From NCBI GenBank assembly GCA_965112155.1, contig OZ218099.1: DNA of 64,000 nucleotides. The stretch is one strand, 5' to 3'. This document shows positions 60,387 through 64,000 of this stretch, one piece after another. Position numbers and translations under genes: made by a program. How positions within the stretch are numbered: position 1 is the first letter of the stretch; each line of letters starts with the position of its first letter. The DNA comes from Podarcis liolepis. Lineage: Eukaryota. The notes under the pieces were generated by a model. It searched no databases. It saw nothing but the letters and a program-made list of their open reading frames with translations, and had not been told where the DNA came from.

Positions 60387-62736
60387 TATTACACATCCCA
60401 ATTTCAGTGTTCTTTTTCTCACTCATATTAACAGCAATTTAGACACTAGGTCTTAGGCAAATCTGTTAGCAATCCTTTTAATAAGAAGCAGTACAACAAA
60501 GATGGATAGATGAACAGAGTAAAGTAGAACTGTCAACTTTGTAGCTCAACAATATCCCTTATTCTTCTAGCATATTCTGTGTGTAAAGCATATATATTCT
60601 CACAAAAAGTAAAAATTTGCTAGTGCTGCTACACTCTGTTTTGTATATTGTCAATGTTCATGTCAAAAGCTGCCTTGGGAAAAACTTTATTAACTTACAA
60701 AGAAATAACACTTAAAGGAATACTGGCTTGAATTATAGTTCCAGGGACGTAATTCTGCTTGCAGGAATCTCATGCTTGAGCAAGGGCCCACTGCACTCCT
60801 TTAAAATCTGCAAATCTGCTCCAGGGAGTTGGTGTACCTTCTGGAACTCTGTGGGAAGTGGAATGGAATTGGGATGGGGGGGGGTCACCCTGTTCCTTTA
60901 GCACAAGCTCCCTGTGAGCAATGGAACTCTGGATCCAAGTTTTTTTAGGGTTCAAGCTTAATGGAAACAAACAAGTATGACGGAGAAATATAAATTCCCA
61001 GCAAAGAGCCTACAAGTTCATTGTACACTCAAGATGAATCAGAGGGTTTATTAGGAATGTGACACCCCCAGCAATTCCAGGGATGTTCAAGATTGACACA
61101 ATTTATACCTTTTCAGACTCAGAATTGTTTTTCCATAATAGAAAATTTGGCTGCATCAATCAGGGATGCTCAAAATTCTTTCAGTTATATCAAACATTTA
61201 AAGTTTTGCCACCCTAGTGCTGAATCCTCATCTACACTCCACAAATAGTTCCAGCAGTAGAGTAGTAGACTCTTTGTTTTCCCCCCAGTTTGGTCCACAA
61301 AATACCTTCCGCAAAATTATTTTTTTCATTACAGAAGCATTTATTTCATAATGGAAAAACAAATCTGAAATAAATATATGGCTAAGCAAAACTATAAAGA
61401 ACAAGTTAGACTCCCACTAAGTTCTGTGAAATACACACCCTTACCGTATATTAGCTAAAAAGATCCAATGAATTTTAATGTTCCTTTAAAGTCTGTAGTT
61501 AATCAATTACTTTGCCCAAGCAGACACTAATTCTGAAAACTCTGCTACTGAAATCTACATTCCTCTTCTGTAACAAGTGCCTTCAGCGGGTGCTCTCTTG
61601 GCAACAGTTAAGAGAAGATGACTTTAATGGAGCCTTAGTGATGTGTGTGCTTATTCAGTTTTATTTAACACATTGGCACAAATCCACTTACCACAAACAC
61701 TTAAAACAGGCAACCAGGGATAGCTGAAAATAATGCAGATGGACAGTTAAGCCATTATGATCTTAAATGCCTTAATGATACCCAAGGGGGATGAAGGCTT
61801 CTCTCCCCCTTTCAGGATATGTACTACTATTTTCAGTTGTAGCACCAAAATATAGCCTCCCAATTGCACCCAACTATAGCCTCCCAATAGAGTTTGCTTA
61901 GCACCTTTTCCCGACTGTTTCTAGACATATTTAATAATTTAAACAGGCTGTGTGAAATTCAGAGCTGCTGTTTCACTTGCAGAATGGCTTAGAATCAACA
62001 GAGTTATAGAAGAGTTAGAGAAAGAGAGGTGATCTTTGCCAATTCCTCTTCTTGCTACAGCCACCTATGACCCCTAGAATCCAGAACAGCATGGAATTTG
62101 GTGCAGGGTGTCTGCAGGGCAAAAGGGACAGAGAGGCAACTGATACAGGTCCATGGGGCAGAAGCAGGAGGGCCAGATAAATCATTGCAGTACCATGGAC
62201 AGATCATGGGGTGTAGGGAGCAGAGTTGTCACTCCAAATGAGTATATTCTTCCAAACCCCGACTGCCATTCCCAAGCTCCACCCGAGGCTTAAAGAATGG
62301 GTATCCTTACATGGACAGACCTTGGACCTGAAGTCTAGTCATATGGCTTCTTTCCTGTACTTCCCTCCTGGTGCATTTTCTGTGCCATTCCTAATACAGC
62401 TGCTGAGCAGGTGTTTGTTATACTGGTACTTGATTCCTCATGGATTTTGTGCTAAGGAGTTGTTGTTTCTAGGGTCCTGTTTCACAGGCAGCTACAAGGC
62501 TGTCTCAGGCCCAAGAACAGGAAGTGTGTTTCACTGCTCTGCTGGGGATGCAAAGAAGACAGATGTATGGACCTGTTTCCCTCTGCTGCTCAGAACTGAG
62601 GCCAAGACAGAGAGTCTTGTCTTCCCTCATCTACTGTCCGCCCAACAGCTTGATTTGGATTACATCTTCTTTCTGTAGTGCATTGAACTCAACCACTAGC
62701 CTATTTTGACCACACCTTTTGTCTCCGATGCTGCTA

Positions 62737-63074
62737 AAAAAGGTAAAGGAACCCCTGACCATTAGGTCCAGTGGTGACCGGCTCTGGAGTTGCAGCGCTC
62801 ATCTTGCTTTATTGGTACAGCTCCCAGGTCATGTGGCCAGCATGACTAAGCCACTTCTGGCGAACCAGAGCAGCGCACGGAAACGCCGTTTACCTTCCCG
62901 CCGGAGCAGTACCTATTTATCTACTTGCACTTTGATGTGCTTTCGAACTGCTAGGTTGGCAGGAGCTGGGACCGAGCAACAGGAGCTCGCCCCATTGCGG
63001 GGATTCGAACCACTGACCTTCTGATCGGCAAGTCCTAGGCTCTGTGGTTTAACCCACAGTGCCACCCATGTCCC
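62737..63074 (-). mobile_element. Full-length Sauria SINE
   Basis: Highly similar to 24869-25213. TSD GATGCTGCTA (62727-62736, 63077-63086). Confidence 0.96.
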
Positions 63075-64000
63075 TTGATGCTGCTAGGCCATAATAAAAG
63101 GTGGTATATCAATACATTCCATATGCAAATGTGTCTATACATCTATTTAACAATGCTACAGTGTATTTTGAAATTGTTTGGAAAGTAAGCAGAGTTCTAC
63201 TAGCTCTGTTGCGATCAAATCAAAATCCATCAAACAATGTCTGAAAAAGAAAGTACTAATTAACTCACAGACATTCATCAGTTTAGCAGAGACAGACCAA
63301 GTGCCCAAAATAAGGAAAAGGAACAATGACAACTCACTGTACACATTTCTTGTCTCATGCTGTCATCTTTAGAAAATTAATTGCTTGTTCTGGCCTCAGG
63401 CCTTAAGTTGCTCTCCCAAAAATCAAAGAAAACTTGGACATGGAAAATCAGGCAGCACCAACAGAGAACTTTCCTTCTGCCAGATATAACAAGAATAAAT
63501 ACTGAAGCTGCCTCACATTCCAAAAATGAAATAATATTTTCATTTTGACTGATAACACAACACCCCAAAGCCTGACAGCTCACATAGCACACAGTCTTGG
63601 GGGGCAAGTTTTGTAGTGTTGTGGCACATCTATGTCTGGGAAACAACCTATTCATACAATTTAGACACCCTGAAGCTAATTTACCCACTAGCAGAATGTT
63701 GTAAATCAGGGCAGTCTATCAACTGTGTACTTTCTTGACTATTAGCAAGACCCAACTTTTAAATTCATTTCTTTTCCCCTGCCCCCCCCATCAACTATAG
63801 CTATCCTATTACATTAGAATAATCTCTGTTGGAACCAGTTACCAACATGGGAAAATGTCTGGAATTCTAACTTTATACAAGGTCTGGAATAGCATATTAA
63901 TCACTGTGGATATTTATTTTCCAAAACACTAGTATGAATTTATATGCTTCATGCTATTAATTTGTGATTAGTTTCTCAAAATAATCAGCTATTGGTACTC

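Noticed and set aside
62226-63024. 150-aa and 101-aa plus-strand ORFs
   Set aside because: Both have non-ATG starts. The second is the antisense strand of a Sauria SINE, and the first has no protein-like features I can recognise.

Overview
This is vertebrate genomic DNA, most likely from a squamate and probably a lacertid lizard, based on two full-length Sauria SINEs, a BovB 3' end and reptile-type L1, CR1, L2 and Penelope remnants. The window is AT-rich and looks intronic or intergenic. I cannot confidently support any host protein-coding exon, rRNA, true tRNA or CRISPR array, and most ORFs in the track are chance frames or TE remnants. The content I can support is a dense set of transposable elements, many with readable TIRs and target-site duplications (TSDs): about 12 hAT MITEs, six Tc1/mariner-superfamily MITEs, a solo LTR, LINE fragments and SINEs. 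There is one 130-nt assembly gap. Highlights: (1) a young 912-bp hAT element with a perfect TSD, carrying CpG-island-like cargo that includes an IRF/CRE/GC-box promoter cassette, a fossil SINE head and a signal-peptide-like ORF (Pack-TE-like capture); (2) two different minimal hammerhead ribozyme cores in Penelope-like insertions; (3) a MITE family carrying TTAGGG/G-quadruplex motifs; (4) one MITE core found with three different, covarying TIR pairs; (5) a decayed reading frame of about 130 codons lying between two 85-bp direct repeats. Family names come from my pattern recognition, not from database searches.
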